Shown here: in pieces, positions 16,679 through 24,578 of the stretch
How positions within the stretch are numbered: the first letter of the stretch is position 1
Layout: the number at the start of each line of letters is the position of its first letter
Assembly: GCA_964359035.1 (NCBI GenBank)
Contig: CAYHRM010000002.1
Span: 1-33,691 of the forward strand
Origin: an uncultured Planctomycetales bacterium
GTDB taxonomy: Bacteria; Omnitrophota; Gorgyraeia; Gygaellales; Profunditerraquicolaceae
Length of the DNA: 33,691 bases
Direction of reading: 5' to 3'
The notes under the pieces: model-generated
What the model was told of the DNA's origin: nothing
The model's input: only the letters and a program-made list of their open reading frames with translations
Databases searched by the model: none
Translations under genes and position numbers: made by a program

Positions 16679-17919
16679 TGGAAAAACTAGCTCTTCCTAG
16701 CCGCATCACTCCTTGGGGAATATCTAAAACTGTCGGTAATACCTTGAGCGTGAATAAGAAATCTTTAGTTAGATATGTGGAGTTTAATATTACTGGCAGA
16801 TGCCAGGCAGGTTGTATTACCTGCCCGACTCCGTTGGCCTATTCTGATGAAAAAATACTTAAGACCATTAATGATCTTATTCGTGAATTTAAACTTTTTC
16901 GGCAATTCTTTACTAAATTAAAAAAATTAGGCATGGAATTTGTAACTATTTATGGCCGGGAACCCACGCTTTGGGATAAAGAAGCGCCGGAGCCAAATAA
17001 GTTTCTTAAAAACATGATCTCCTGGTTAAGTAAGGATTTAGGGGTCAGGGTTTGTTTAGCTACTTCTGGGATTTCTTTAGATGAATCTGTTTTAAAGGTT
17101 TTATTTGATAATCAGGGTGTGTTATTTATGAAAGATTGGGGGAGTAAAGAGTCTGTGGAGAAATTGATTAAAAATAAAAGTGCTTATAAAAAAATTCGCC
17201 AAAGTTGGAATTTAGTAAAAAATTTAAGTAAACGTTATAAGAAGGTTAGGGTGGTAGCTGAATTTTTATATACGGGTATTAATCGTAGGGATCTTTTAGC
17301 ATTTTGGAGAGGTTGTTACAAAAATGGATTTTTACCTTTTGTGGAAGCTCCGGTGATCAAGGGTAGTTGCGCTAAAAATTATAAACAATTAAATATTTGT
17401 CCAGAGAGATATGTGAGAGATATATATGAACTTTCTCTTTTAAATTTATCTTTGATCTATGGATTAAGTAAAAAGCAAGTTCGGCAAACGGATATCTGGC
17501 AGCCGCCTTATGGTAGTGTTTTTCCTTCTGTTTGTGATAAATTAACTTATGCTAAGGGGGTATTTTTGGAGAGGAACGGCCAGCTTAGTGTTTGTTGCGG
17601 AGTAGATCAACGGTTGGGGAATATAAATGATCAGAATATTAAACGTAAACTGCAGGATAATCTATTACTTAAGCGGATTCGTTTGGTTTATGAGAATTTA
17701 AAAGGATTTTGTAGCGATTGTGATTATAGTAAAAAATTTCATCTTTGTTATGGTTGTCGAGGTAATGGCTATACTTATCAGAGTAGTAGCCAGGGTGTGT
17801 TCGGCCAAGACCCGATGTGTTTTGGTAAGATAGCGTTAGAGTTAGCGATAAAAGGCAAACTAAATAAATTTATGAGTAAGAATCATGTTCAGAAAATACT
17901 TGATTATTTTAAGAATTAA
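16678..17919 (+). CDS. Radical SAM/SPASM domain protein
   Basis: CQAGCITC (Cx3Cx2C). C-terminal SPASM-like pattern SVCCGVDQRLGNINDQ...GFCSDCDYSKKFHLCYGCRGNGY. Its ATG overlaps the TAA of the preceding gene by 1 nt. Confidence 0.85.
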   Translation: MEKLALPSRITPWGISKTVGNTLSVNKKSLVRYVEFNITGRCQAGCITCPTPLAYSDEKILKTINDLIREFKLFRQFFTKLKKLGMEFVTIYGREPTLWDKEAPEPNKFLKNMISWLSKDLGVRVCLATSGISLDESVLKVLFDNQGVLFMKDWGSKESVEKLIKNKSAYKKIRQSWNLVKNLSKRYKKVRVVAEFLYTGINRRDLLAFWRGCYKNGFLPFVEAPVIKGSCAKNYKQLNICPERYVRDIYELSLLNLSLIYGLSKKQVRQTDIWQPPYGSVFPSVCDKLTYAKGVFLERNGQLSVCCGVDQRLGNINDQNIKRKLQDNLLLKRIRLVYENLKGFCSDCDYSKKFHLCYGCRGNGYTYQSSSQGVFGQDPMCFGKIALELAIKGKLNKFMSKNHVQKILDYFKN

Positions 17920-17920
17920 G

Positions 17921-18877
17921 ATGATGCTAGAGATGATTAAAATTTTTGGGTTATATTTATCATTATCCGGTAACGGGAAAAAACTGTTTAGACGTTTAGC
18001 TAGAATGTTAAATGACGCGCGGAATCTGCCGCATTATCGAAAGCTAATGGCAACTATTAGTGATACGATGAGCGCTGATAAGCAGAGGTGGTTTTCTTGT
18101 ATTCGGGCTAGTGATGCAGGATTTAAAGAATTTATACCGAACTGGTACATTGCTGGATCTAAAATTAAGCCGGAGCAACTATACTATCGTTTTTTTAAAA
18201 TGGGAGCTGTTCTTTTGTATGAACATACTAGTTTATTTTTAGCGTATAACATATCCGTTGATGCAAAAGCGAAAAGAAGATGTATTCTTATTGCCTTTCT
18301 AAAACGGGTATATGATGACCTGTTGGATAATGAACATATCGATAAGGGGGCCTTATTTGATCTTCAGCCGAATAAAGATTTACTGGGCAATGCGGATTAT
18401 CGGTTGTTTTTAGATTTAAGAAAAAAAATTAGAAAAATAGCTCCACCGGAGGAGTTCGTAAATTATTACGCTAGGCTTAAGGAAGTAAGTGATGCTCAGG
18501 GAGCATCGGCTGTTGGAGGGGGCATAAAAAATAACATTCCTTATAAAATTAAGAATGGTTTTCTTTTGGATATGTATATTATGATGAATAATCTTCCGGA
18601 GGGGATTATCCGGGCTTTGGATATTACTGCCGAGTTTTTTGCCTACCTGGATGATTTTTATGATTATGATGAAGATTTAGTTAAAGGTAAGATTACTTAT
18701 ATTAATCAAAGCCGGGATCCTCAAGTGGCCCTGGAAATAAAATATGAAGAGGCGGTTGTGTATTTGCGAGGCAATAGCCCCAATCCTGATGGATACCTAA
18801 AAGGGGTGGGGAATTTAATGAAGAATGTACTTTTTACGCGGGAAAATAAATTAAATAAATTGTCGTTATTTATTTAA
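17921..18877 (+). CDS. Squalene/phytoene-synthase-like (class 1 isoprenoid enzyme fold) protein, paralog B, with both Asp-rich motifs intact
   Basis: Motifs YDDLLDN (DDxxD) and LDDFYDYDEDLVKGKITY, which resembles the CrtM/PSY second motif D..ED....R.Y. The ATG at 17921 is 1 nt after the preceding stop and aligns with the N-terminus of paralog A. The ORF track starts at 17885. Confidence 0.55.
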   Translation: MMLEMIKIFGLYLSLSGNGKKLFRRLARMLNDARNLPHYRKLMATISDTMSADKQRWFSCIRASDAGFKEFIPNWYIAGSKIKPEQLYYRFFKMGAVLLYEHTSLFLAYNISVDAKAKRRCILIAFLKRVYDDLLDNEHIDKGALFDLQPNKDLLGNADYRLFLDLRKKIRKIAPPEEFVNYYARLKEVSDAQGASAVGGGIKNNIPYKIKNGFLLDMYIMMNNLPEGIIRALDITAEFFAYLDDFYDYDEDLVKGKITYINQSRDPQVALEIKYEEAVVYLRGNSPNPDGYLKGVGNLMKNVLFTRENKLNKLSLFI

Positions 18878-18986
18878 ATAACGCGATGGTTCAATTTCTT
18901 AAAGCTTTGTTAATATTTAAGGTATACTATAATAATAAAAAAGGTACAATAGGTTTAAGAAAAGGCTAGGGAGCAGCTGAATAACT

Positions 18987-19391
18987 ATGGAAGAGAGCCA
19001 GAGCGATCAAAATCGGCGCAAATCTGAACGTTTGGACACGGCATTTACTCTTATTTATCAGCTAGAGAAGCCGCTGGCCTTAGGCATTCAGATGGGTTTT
19101 ACTAGTGATATTGACGCTCTAATGCTTAATTTAAGTGATTTGGGGATGGCGATTGTCACAAAATATGATTTGCCTTTAGGAATACAATTGAATATTAAAT
19201 TTAATATTATTGATTTACGTTTACAAGGTGAGGCGCGTCGGAGGCAGATGGAGATTACCGGTGAGACTGTTTCTAATACTATTTTGCTAAATTCAAGCCA
19301 TAGAATAGGTATACGGTTTAATAAGATTTCAGATCTAGACAAATTGGCAATAAGTAATTTTGTAAAGCACAATAAGTTGCCCTCGGTTTGA
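18987..19391 (+). CDS. Stand-alone PilZ domain protein
   Basis: RRKSER (RxxxR) and NLSDLG ((D/N)xSxxG) motifs. 134 aa. Confidence 0.75.
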   Translation: MEESQSDQNRRKSERLDTAFTLIYQLEKPLALGIQMGFTSDIDALMLNLSDLGMAIVTKYDLPLGIQLNIKFNIIDLRLQGEARRRQMEITGETVSNTILLNSSHRIGIRFNKISDLDKLAISNFVKHNKLPSV

Positions 19392-19405
19392 TAATTAGTG
19401 AATGT

Positions 19406-19428
19406 CGCTCTTGACAGAGTGTTTTTTT
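19406..19428 (+). terminator. Candidate intrinsic terminator
   Basis: CGCTCT-tgac-AGAGTG stem (6 bp including one G-U pair) followed by T7, 15 nt after the PilZ stop. Confidence 0.4.
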
Positions 19429-19440
19429 ATGGCATATTGT
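19411..19440 (+). promoter_or_regulatory. Candidate promoter TTGACA-N17/18-(A)TATTGT for marR
   Basis: Perfect -35 at 19411-19416 and a -10-like hexamer at 19434-19440. Confidence 0.35.
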
Positions 19441-19533
19441 TAATGTGGTTAATATTTAATATACTTAGATATTAAGATACCTGCGTTATTTAGAATTGCG
19501 CGGGTATTGCCTAGATAGACAAGGAGCTTTATT

Positions 19534-19986
19534 ATGACTGGTATTTCGATTACTGATTTTGCTCAAAAGATGGACCAGATTATGCCTGAGATTATGAAGG
19601 GGTTTGCTCGCAGGCAGAATAATGATGTATTTAAAGGTAAGATTACTTTGCCACAGTTACTTATTTTGGGGTGGTTAAGCCATCAGGGTGCATCTAAAAT
19701 GACAGATTTAGCTAAGTTTATGAAGGTGACTACTGCCGCCTCTACGGGGATTGTGCAGCGGCTTGTACTTTTAGGTTATGTGCAAAGAGAATATGACCAG
19801 AGCGATCGTAGGATAATTAGAATTAAGCTTAGCGTTAAAGGAGCGGAAGTTTTAAAAAAAATAAACCAGCAGCGCACACAGTCGGTGACTAAAATCTTTG
19901 GACAACTATCGCAAGATGACCGCGGAGAATATTTGCGTATACTTATGCAGGTAAAAGATATTTTAGATAAAGAAGAAGGTAAATAA
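19534..19986 (+). CDS. MarR-family transcriptional regulator
   Basis: 150 aa. Winged-HTH pattern LLILGWLSHQGASKMTDLAKFMKVTTAASTGIVQRLVLLGYVQREYDQSDRRIIRIKLSVKG. Confidence 0.85.
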   Translation: MTGISITDFAQKMDQIMPEIMKGFARRQNNDVFKGKITLPQLLILGWLSHQGASKMTDLAKFMKVTTAASTGIVQRLVLLGYVQREYDQSDRRIIRIKLSVKGAEVLKKINQQRTQSVTKIFGQLSQDDRGEYLRILMQVKDILDKEEGK

Positions 19987-21263
19987 TGAAGCGGCTTATT
20001 TTAGTAGTGTTATTCATTAGCTTAGTTACTATTGCCGTGCACGCCGAAGAAGTTCCACTTACTTTTGATGAAGCGGTGGCAATCGGTTTAAGGGATAACC
20101 GTGATTTTTTACTTAAAACAGAGGATGTTGTAAGAGCTAAGTCTGTAATTGCCCAGGCTCAAGCGGGAATCTTTCCTACGCTCGATTTAACCTATAATTG
20201 GTTTTATACTGCTGGCCTTTACACCACAAATTTGAGTGAGCACACGACGCAAATTAGTTTAAGGCAATATCTTTATCGAGGATGAAGGGTTATAAATAGT
20301 ATAAAATATAGTGAATATAAATTGGAGGTAACACAATCAATTTTAGATAAAGTAAAGCTAGAGATGATTTTTGACCTTTCTCGAGCTTATTATACACTGT
20401 CACTTGCAAATTCCTTTGTGCAATTAAATAAAGAGATACTTGATAATAGCCAGCAGCATTTAGATTATATTAATGCACTTTATAAAAATGGCCAGGCTTC
20501 AGAAACTGACATCTTGCAGGCGCAGGCGGCTTTATCTAGTGTACAACAGGCGTATGAAGCTTCTAAAACACAAGTTGAGGCGGCGCGGGCTTTGTTGAAT
20601 AATCTATTATTTTTAGATAAGGATGTTTTGATTGTACCGATTACAGAATTTAAATATACGCCTAAAGATGTGGCTTTTGAGCAAGGTTTTTTAAAAGCTA
20701 TTCAAACTCGCCCAGAGATAAGACAATTTGAGGCACAGCTAAAGGCGGATAAAAGTGCTATTGAGGTGGCTCGCGCAGGAGGCCGGCCGGAAATTTATGC
20801 CGCTTGGGATTATTATGCACGCACACATGGAGCTCCGACTACGACCGTAAATACTAGAAATTGGAACGATTATAATGTTGCGGGGATCACTTTATCTTGG
20901 CCGATCTTTGATGGATGGAAAACTAAGGCTTTGGTGGAGCAGGCGATTGTTGATCTAAAGCAGACGCAGCTAGATAAAGATAAATTTTTTGGAGATATCG
21001 CTCTAGAGGTTAAAAACGCATATTTATCTTTAAAGGATTCAATTGAACAAATAAAAACAAGCCAGGTGGATATTTTACTTTATAAGAATAATCTTTCTAC
21101 GGCAAAAGACAGATATGCTCAAGGATTAGTTAGTACATTAGGTAATAACGACGCGCAGTTAAAATATGCCGTTTCGGTTTTTAACCAACAGCAGGCAGTG
21201 TATGATTATGCTATTGCTAAGTTTAGCTTTGATAAGGCCACAGGAGGTTTCAATGGGATATAA
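19986..21263 (+). pseudogene. TolC-family outer-membrane efflux protein interrupted by an in-frame TGA (20283-20285)
   Basis: ORFs 19986-20285 and 20322-21263 are in the same frame. Read-through gives a continuous OEP-like sequence (...LRQYLYRG*RVINSIKYSEYKLEVTQ...). Signal peptide at the N-terminus. Confidence 0.7.
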
Positions 21264-21301
21264 AAGAATATTATTATGCACGCTGTGGTCAGGTAAGCGG
21301 A

Positions 21302-22633
21302 GTGGGTAGAATGATGGGTGGAGCCAGCGGCACACATGTAATTTCTGCCGGAGCAAAACTTATTGCTAAAGATCAAAGGAAGCGCTCAGTGAAAGAAGTA
21401 GGCCAGGCAATAAGGAATAAGATTAAGCTTATTCCAGGAGTATTAAGGACAGATGTTTCTACAGGGAATCCTTTGGGTAATTTAATTACCGGAGGCGGTG
21501 GTAAAGCGGTGCAGTTAGAAATTATCGGGAATTCTTTTGAGGACACTAATGCTTTAGCGCAGAAAATAAAATTAATTATGGAAAAAACTCCTGGAGCAGT
21601 AGATGTGAGTATTTCGCGCGAAGCCAATAGCCCGGAGTTAAAGATCGACGTGGATCGGGAGAAGGCGGCTAGTTTAGGATTGGATATGAGTACCATTGCG
21701 ACTACTCTAAAATCTTTTATTCAGGGAACGACGGCGACGAAGTATCGCGAAAAAGGTAAGACCTATGATATTTATGTGCGGCTGGAAGAATTTTCGCGCA
21801 CAAAATTAGAAGACATTGAAAATTTAACAATTATGGCGCCATTGCCTGCGGATAATGCTCCTTTTGTGGGAATAGAAAATCTAGCGAGTAGGCAAGGAGT
21901 AAGCCGGACACAGATTAAATTAAGTAATATTGCTAAGATTTATGAAACTAGCGGCCCGGATAAAATTGAACGTAAGAACCGGGAAAGAATGGTGAGGGTA
22001 TAGTGCAATGTTTATAAACGTTCTACGGGAAAGGTGGTAGAGGATTTAAATAGAGAGACCAGTAAGCTGGTATTGCCGGCAAATGTTTCCATTAATATCG
22101 GCGGAGAAGCGGAAGAGCAGAAAAAAGCTTTTGGTGATCTGACGCTTTTGCTTATTTTGGGTATCGGGTTGGTATATATGGTTATGGCGGCGCAGTTTGA
22201 ATCGCTGCTAGATCCTTTTATTATTATGTTTGCCATACCTTTTACTTTTATTGGTGTAATTTTAGGTTTTGTTTTAACCGGAACAACTTTAAGTATTAAT
22301 ACTTTCTTGGGGATTGTTATGTTGATGGGTATAGTGGTAAATAACGCTATTGTTTTGGTGAGCTATATTATTATGTTGCGGGCGCGAGGATATTCTATGC
22401 AGGAAGCGGTAACCATAGGAGGCAAGGATCGTTTACGTCCGATACTGATGACAACGATTACGACGATTGCCGGGCTTTTACCTTTGGCGCTTTCTCGCGG
22501 TGAAGGTTCTGAAGTTTGGCAGCCACTAGGCATTACGATGATCGGGGGTTTAAGTGTTTCTACTTTAGTTACTTTATTGTTTGTTCCTACGCTTTATGCG
22601 GTGTTTCACAGGAAATCAGCTTTACCGGGGTAA
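21302..22633 (+). pseudogene. 3' remnant (~444 codons) of an RND (AcrB/HAE1-type) efflux pump gene with an in-frame TAG (22001-22003)
   Basis: The two same-frame ORFs match the C-terminal periplasmic and TM8-12 part of RND pumps (FESLLDPFIIMFAIPFTFIG, DRLRPILMTTITTIAGLLPLAL). The N-terminal ~55-60% of the pump and the adaptor gene are absent. Confidence 0.75.
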
Positions 22634-22640
22634 ATAAAAA

Positions 22641-22928
22641 ATGAAAATGGTGATGTTGGTGTATAATGAGGCGTTGGACAATGAGGTGATGGAAATTTTA
22701 GATAGTTGTGCAGTGAAAAATTATACTAAGATTACTGAAGTTTTTGGCTGTGGTGCTAGCGGCACGCATTTGGGTACGGATATTTGGCCGGGGAGGAATA
22801 ATCTGTTATATGTTGCCGGTGAAGAAGAAGTGGCGAAAAAAATAATTGCTGCGGTTAGGTTACTGCGTAAAAGTTTAGGTGTTGAAGGCGTTAAGGCTTT
22901 TCTTATGCCGCTGGAAGAGTTAACTTAA
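22641..22928 (+). CDS. P-II-like small transporter-associated protein (PG0541-like)
   Basis: 95 aa. The pattern MVMLVYNEAL...GTHLGTDIWPGRNN...GVKAFLMP resembles the small proteins I recall being encoded after RND pumps. Assignment is from memory only. Confidence 0.55.
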   Translation: MKMVMLVYNEALDNEVMEILDSCAVKNYTKITEVFGCGASGTHLGTDIWPGRNNLLYVAGEEEVAKKIIAAVRLLRKSLGVEGVKAFLMPLEELT

Positions 22929-22938
22929 GGAGTAAAGC

Positions 22939-23496
22939 ATGAGAATTTGTCGGTTTTGTGAAAAAGAAATGTCTGAGCAAAATAAAATTTGTGGTAATTG
23001 TGGTTACAATCCGCAGACCGATACGATGACTACTTCTTTTGTAAAGAAGAAAGAGAAAGCAGTGGTTGGAGGCGAGCAAAGAATAATCGGTTCTCGGGTG
23101 AAAAGTTTTGTGTTTTGGGGAATGGTGATTATTATTGCTTCCTTAGGTGTAAAGTATCAGGGTAAGGTTGGTGATATATTTTGGAAGGTAAAAAATACTA
23201 TTTTTAATGTTAAGATTGATAAATCCGCGCAAGCTTTAGAGAAAGCTAATCAGAACAAATCAGTTGGGCTTATAGATGTGCGTTCATATCGGCCTCCGGT
23301 GGATAAAGCCTCTATTAAGAACAATAAAATAGAAGGAATATTTTATGATCCGCAGGGACAAAGCTATGTGGTGATTAATGGTCAGCTAGTTTCTGAAAAG
23401 ATGAGTTTTGGAGATATGACGATAACAAAAATAAATAATGATTCAGTAGAAGTTGTCCAAGATGGTCAAGAGAAGGTCCTTACGGTTAATAAATAA
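22939..23496 (+). CDS. Zinc-ribbon/TM protein with a C-terminal GspB/PilP-like beta domain
   Basis: N-terminal CRFC...CGNC zinc ribbon, one TM segment (VFWGMVIIIASLGV), and C-terminal IEGIFYDPQGQSYVVINGQLVSEKMSFGDMTITKINNDSVEV, which resembles T2SS GspB-type C-termini. Confidence 0.45.
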   Translation: MRICRFCEKEMSEQNKICGNCGYNPQTDTMTTSFVKKKEKAVVGGEQRIIGSRVKSFVFWGMVIIIASLGVKYQGKVGDIFWKVKNTIFNVKIDKSAQALEKANQNKSVGLIDVRSYRPPVDKASIKNNKIEGIFYDPQGQSYVVINGQLVSEKMSFGDMTITKINNDSVEVVQDGQEKVLTVNK

Positions 23497-23575
23497 TTTA
23501 TAAATTAAAGATGTATTTTATTAAAATAGCATAGTTTTATTCTTATTTTTGAGGCATACTTTAAGTGTTAGGTAG
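23496..23575 (+). promoter_or_regulatory. Conserved upstream element, copy A (precedes pseudopilin cassette 1)
   Basis: ATTTATAAATTAAAGATGTATTTTATTAAAATAGCATAGTTTTATTCTTATTTTTGAGGCATACTTTA... aligns without gaps over most of its length to 26401-26478, with roughly nine mismatches in the ~68-nt core. Contains a -10-like CATACT. Confidence 0.6.
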
Positions 23576-23608
23576 GTAGTTATTGTTCATCAAGATAGCA
23601 GGTAGAAA

Positions 23609-24055
23609 ATGGAAAGAAGATTAAAAAAAGGTTTTGTTTTGATCGAGGTGCTCTTGGCAACAGCGATTGCGGCATTTGCCATATGCGGTATATTGTTTAT
23701 GTATATCGCGGGAATGGATTTAATTAGAACTTCAAAAAATGCCAGTATTGCTACAAGCGCAGCCCAAGGATTAATCGAAGAAATTCGTAATACCTCATTC
23801 CCAGATATTGTTACCACTTATAATCTTTTGAGATTTTCAGTTAATGGTATTGCCTCTAGCAGTGGCATAGTTTACGTTAATGATACGGATCCGGAATTTT
23901 TGTTGGTAACGATTAGTATATGCTGGCGCCAAGGCAATCGGGTTATTGGAGAAGATATAAATCTTAATGGCGCGTTGGATGTCGGAGAGGATGCCAATGG
24001 CAATGGGATCATTGATTCAACTGTGGAGTTAGTCACGCAAGTGGCTAACCGATAA
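23609..24055 (+). CDS. Prepilin-type N-terminal domain pseudopilin (minor pilin) with two EF-hand/dockerin-like Ca-binding loops
   Basis: Class III signal KKG|FVLIEVLLATAIAAF (Glu at +5). C-terminal DINLNGALD and DANGNGIID loops. Confidence 0.8.
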   Translation: MERRLKKGFVLIEVLLATAIAAFAICGILFMYIAGMDLIRTSKNASIATSAAQGLIEEIRNTSFPDIVTTYNLLRFSVNGIASSSGIVYVNDTDPEFLLVTISICWRQGNRVIGEDINLNGALDVGEDANGNGIIDSTVELVTQVANR

Positions 24056-24058
24056 AAG

Positions 24059-24577
24059 ATGAAGGGCTTAACGTTATTTGAGGTTTTAGTTTCGATATTA
24101 ATTTTTTCGATTATTGCGCTGGGTTTAAGTTCAGCGATAGTTGTCGGAAAAAATGCTTTGTTTGTTAGTGATATTCCTACTCAGCTTAGGCAAAATGTAT
24201 TATTTGCGCTTATGCCGATGGCTCGGGAGCTACGTCAAACTGCTCCGGCTAAAATAAATTTGAGTGAAGGTACATCTAGTAGCACAATTACTTTTAAAAT
24301 TCCGCATGATAATAATGCTGATGGCGTGGTTGTAGATAACGTCGGTAGCGTAGAATGGGGTAGCGATATTACTTATGTGCGTGATGGTTTGAATCAGCTT
24401 ACGCGTACTCAAGATGGCGTAACTAAAGTAATTGCGCCAAATGTTACCACTTTACAGTTTAGCCGGCCAGTTGGCGAAGATGCGTTGATACAAATTGATC
24501 TCACAGTTTCTAAAACCGATGGCCAGGGAAACTTGTATCAGGATTCAGAGCAGGCGGTTATAAAAATGAGGAATTAA
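24059..24577 (+). CDS. Prepilin-type pseudopilin (GspJ/PulJ-like minor pilin)
   Basis: MKG|LTLFEVLVSILIFSIIALG N-terminus. 172 aa. 3-nt gap from the previous gene. Confidence 0.8.
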   Translation: MKGLTLFEVLVSILIFSIIALGLSSAIVVGKNALFVSDIPTQLRQNVLFALMPMARELRQTAPAKINLSEGTSSSTITFKIPHDNNADGVVVDNVGSVEWGSDITYVRDGLNQLTRTQDGVTKVIAPNVTTLQFSRPVGEDALIQIDLTVSKTDGQGNLYQDSEQAVIKMRN

Positions 24578-24578
24578 G

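Noticed and set aside
18886-18969. 27-codon ORF (MVQFLKALLIFKVYYNNKKGTIGLRKG) directly after the radical SAM cassette as a possible precursor peptide
   Set aside because: It has no Shine-Dalgarno sequence and no Cys-, Gly-, Ser- or Thr-rich core. It lies in an AT-rich spacer where such ORFs arise by chance. It cannot be fully excluded without comparative data.
19449-19475. TTAATAT-N13-ATATTAA inverted repeat as a MarR operator
   Set aside because: A 7-bp AT-only inverted repeat in AT-rich intergenic DNA is not statistically meaningful without comparative or binding data.
20283-20285. In-frame TGA in the TolC-like gene as evidence for a UGA=Gly (code 25) or other recoded genetic code
   Set aside because: TGA clearly terminates well-defined genes in this window (feoA at 393-395, feoB at 2120-2122, 9539-9541, 15438-15440, 19389-19391, 30672-30674). 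The neighbouring pump remnant is broken by TAG and by a deletion, so pseudogenisation is the simpler reading.
21159-22236. Minus-strand ORFs 21159-21356, 21373-21696 and 22012-22236 in the efflux remnant
   Set aside because: They are antisense to sequence with clear TolC and RND homology on the + strand and have no motifs of their own.
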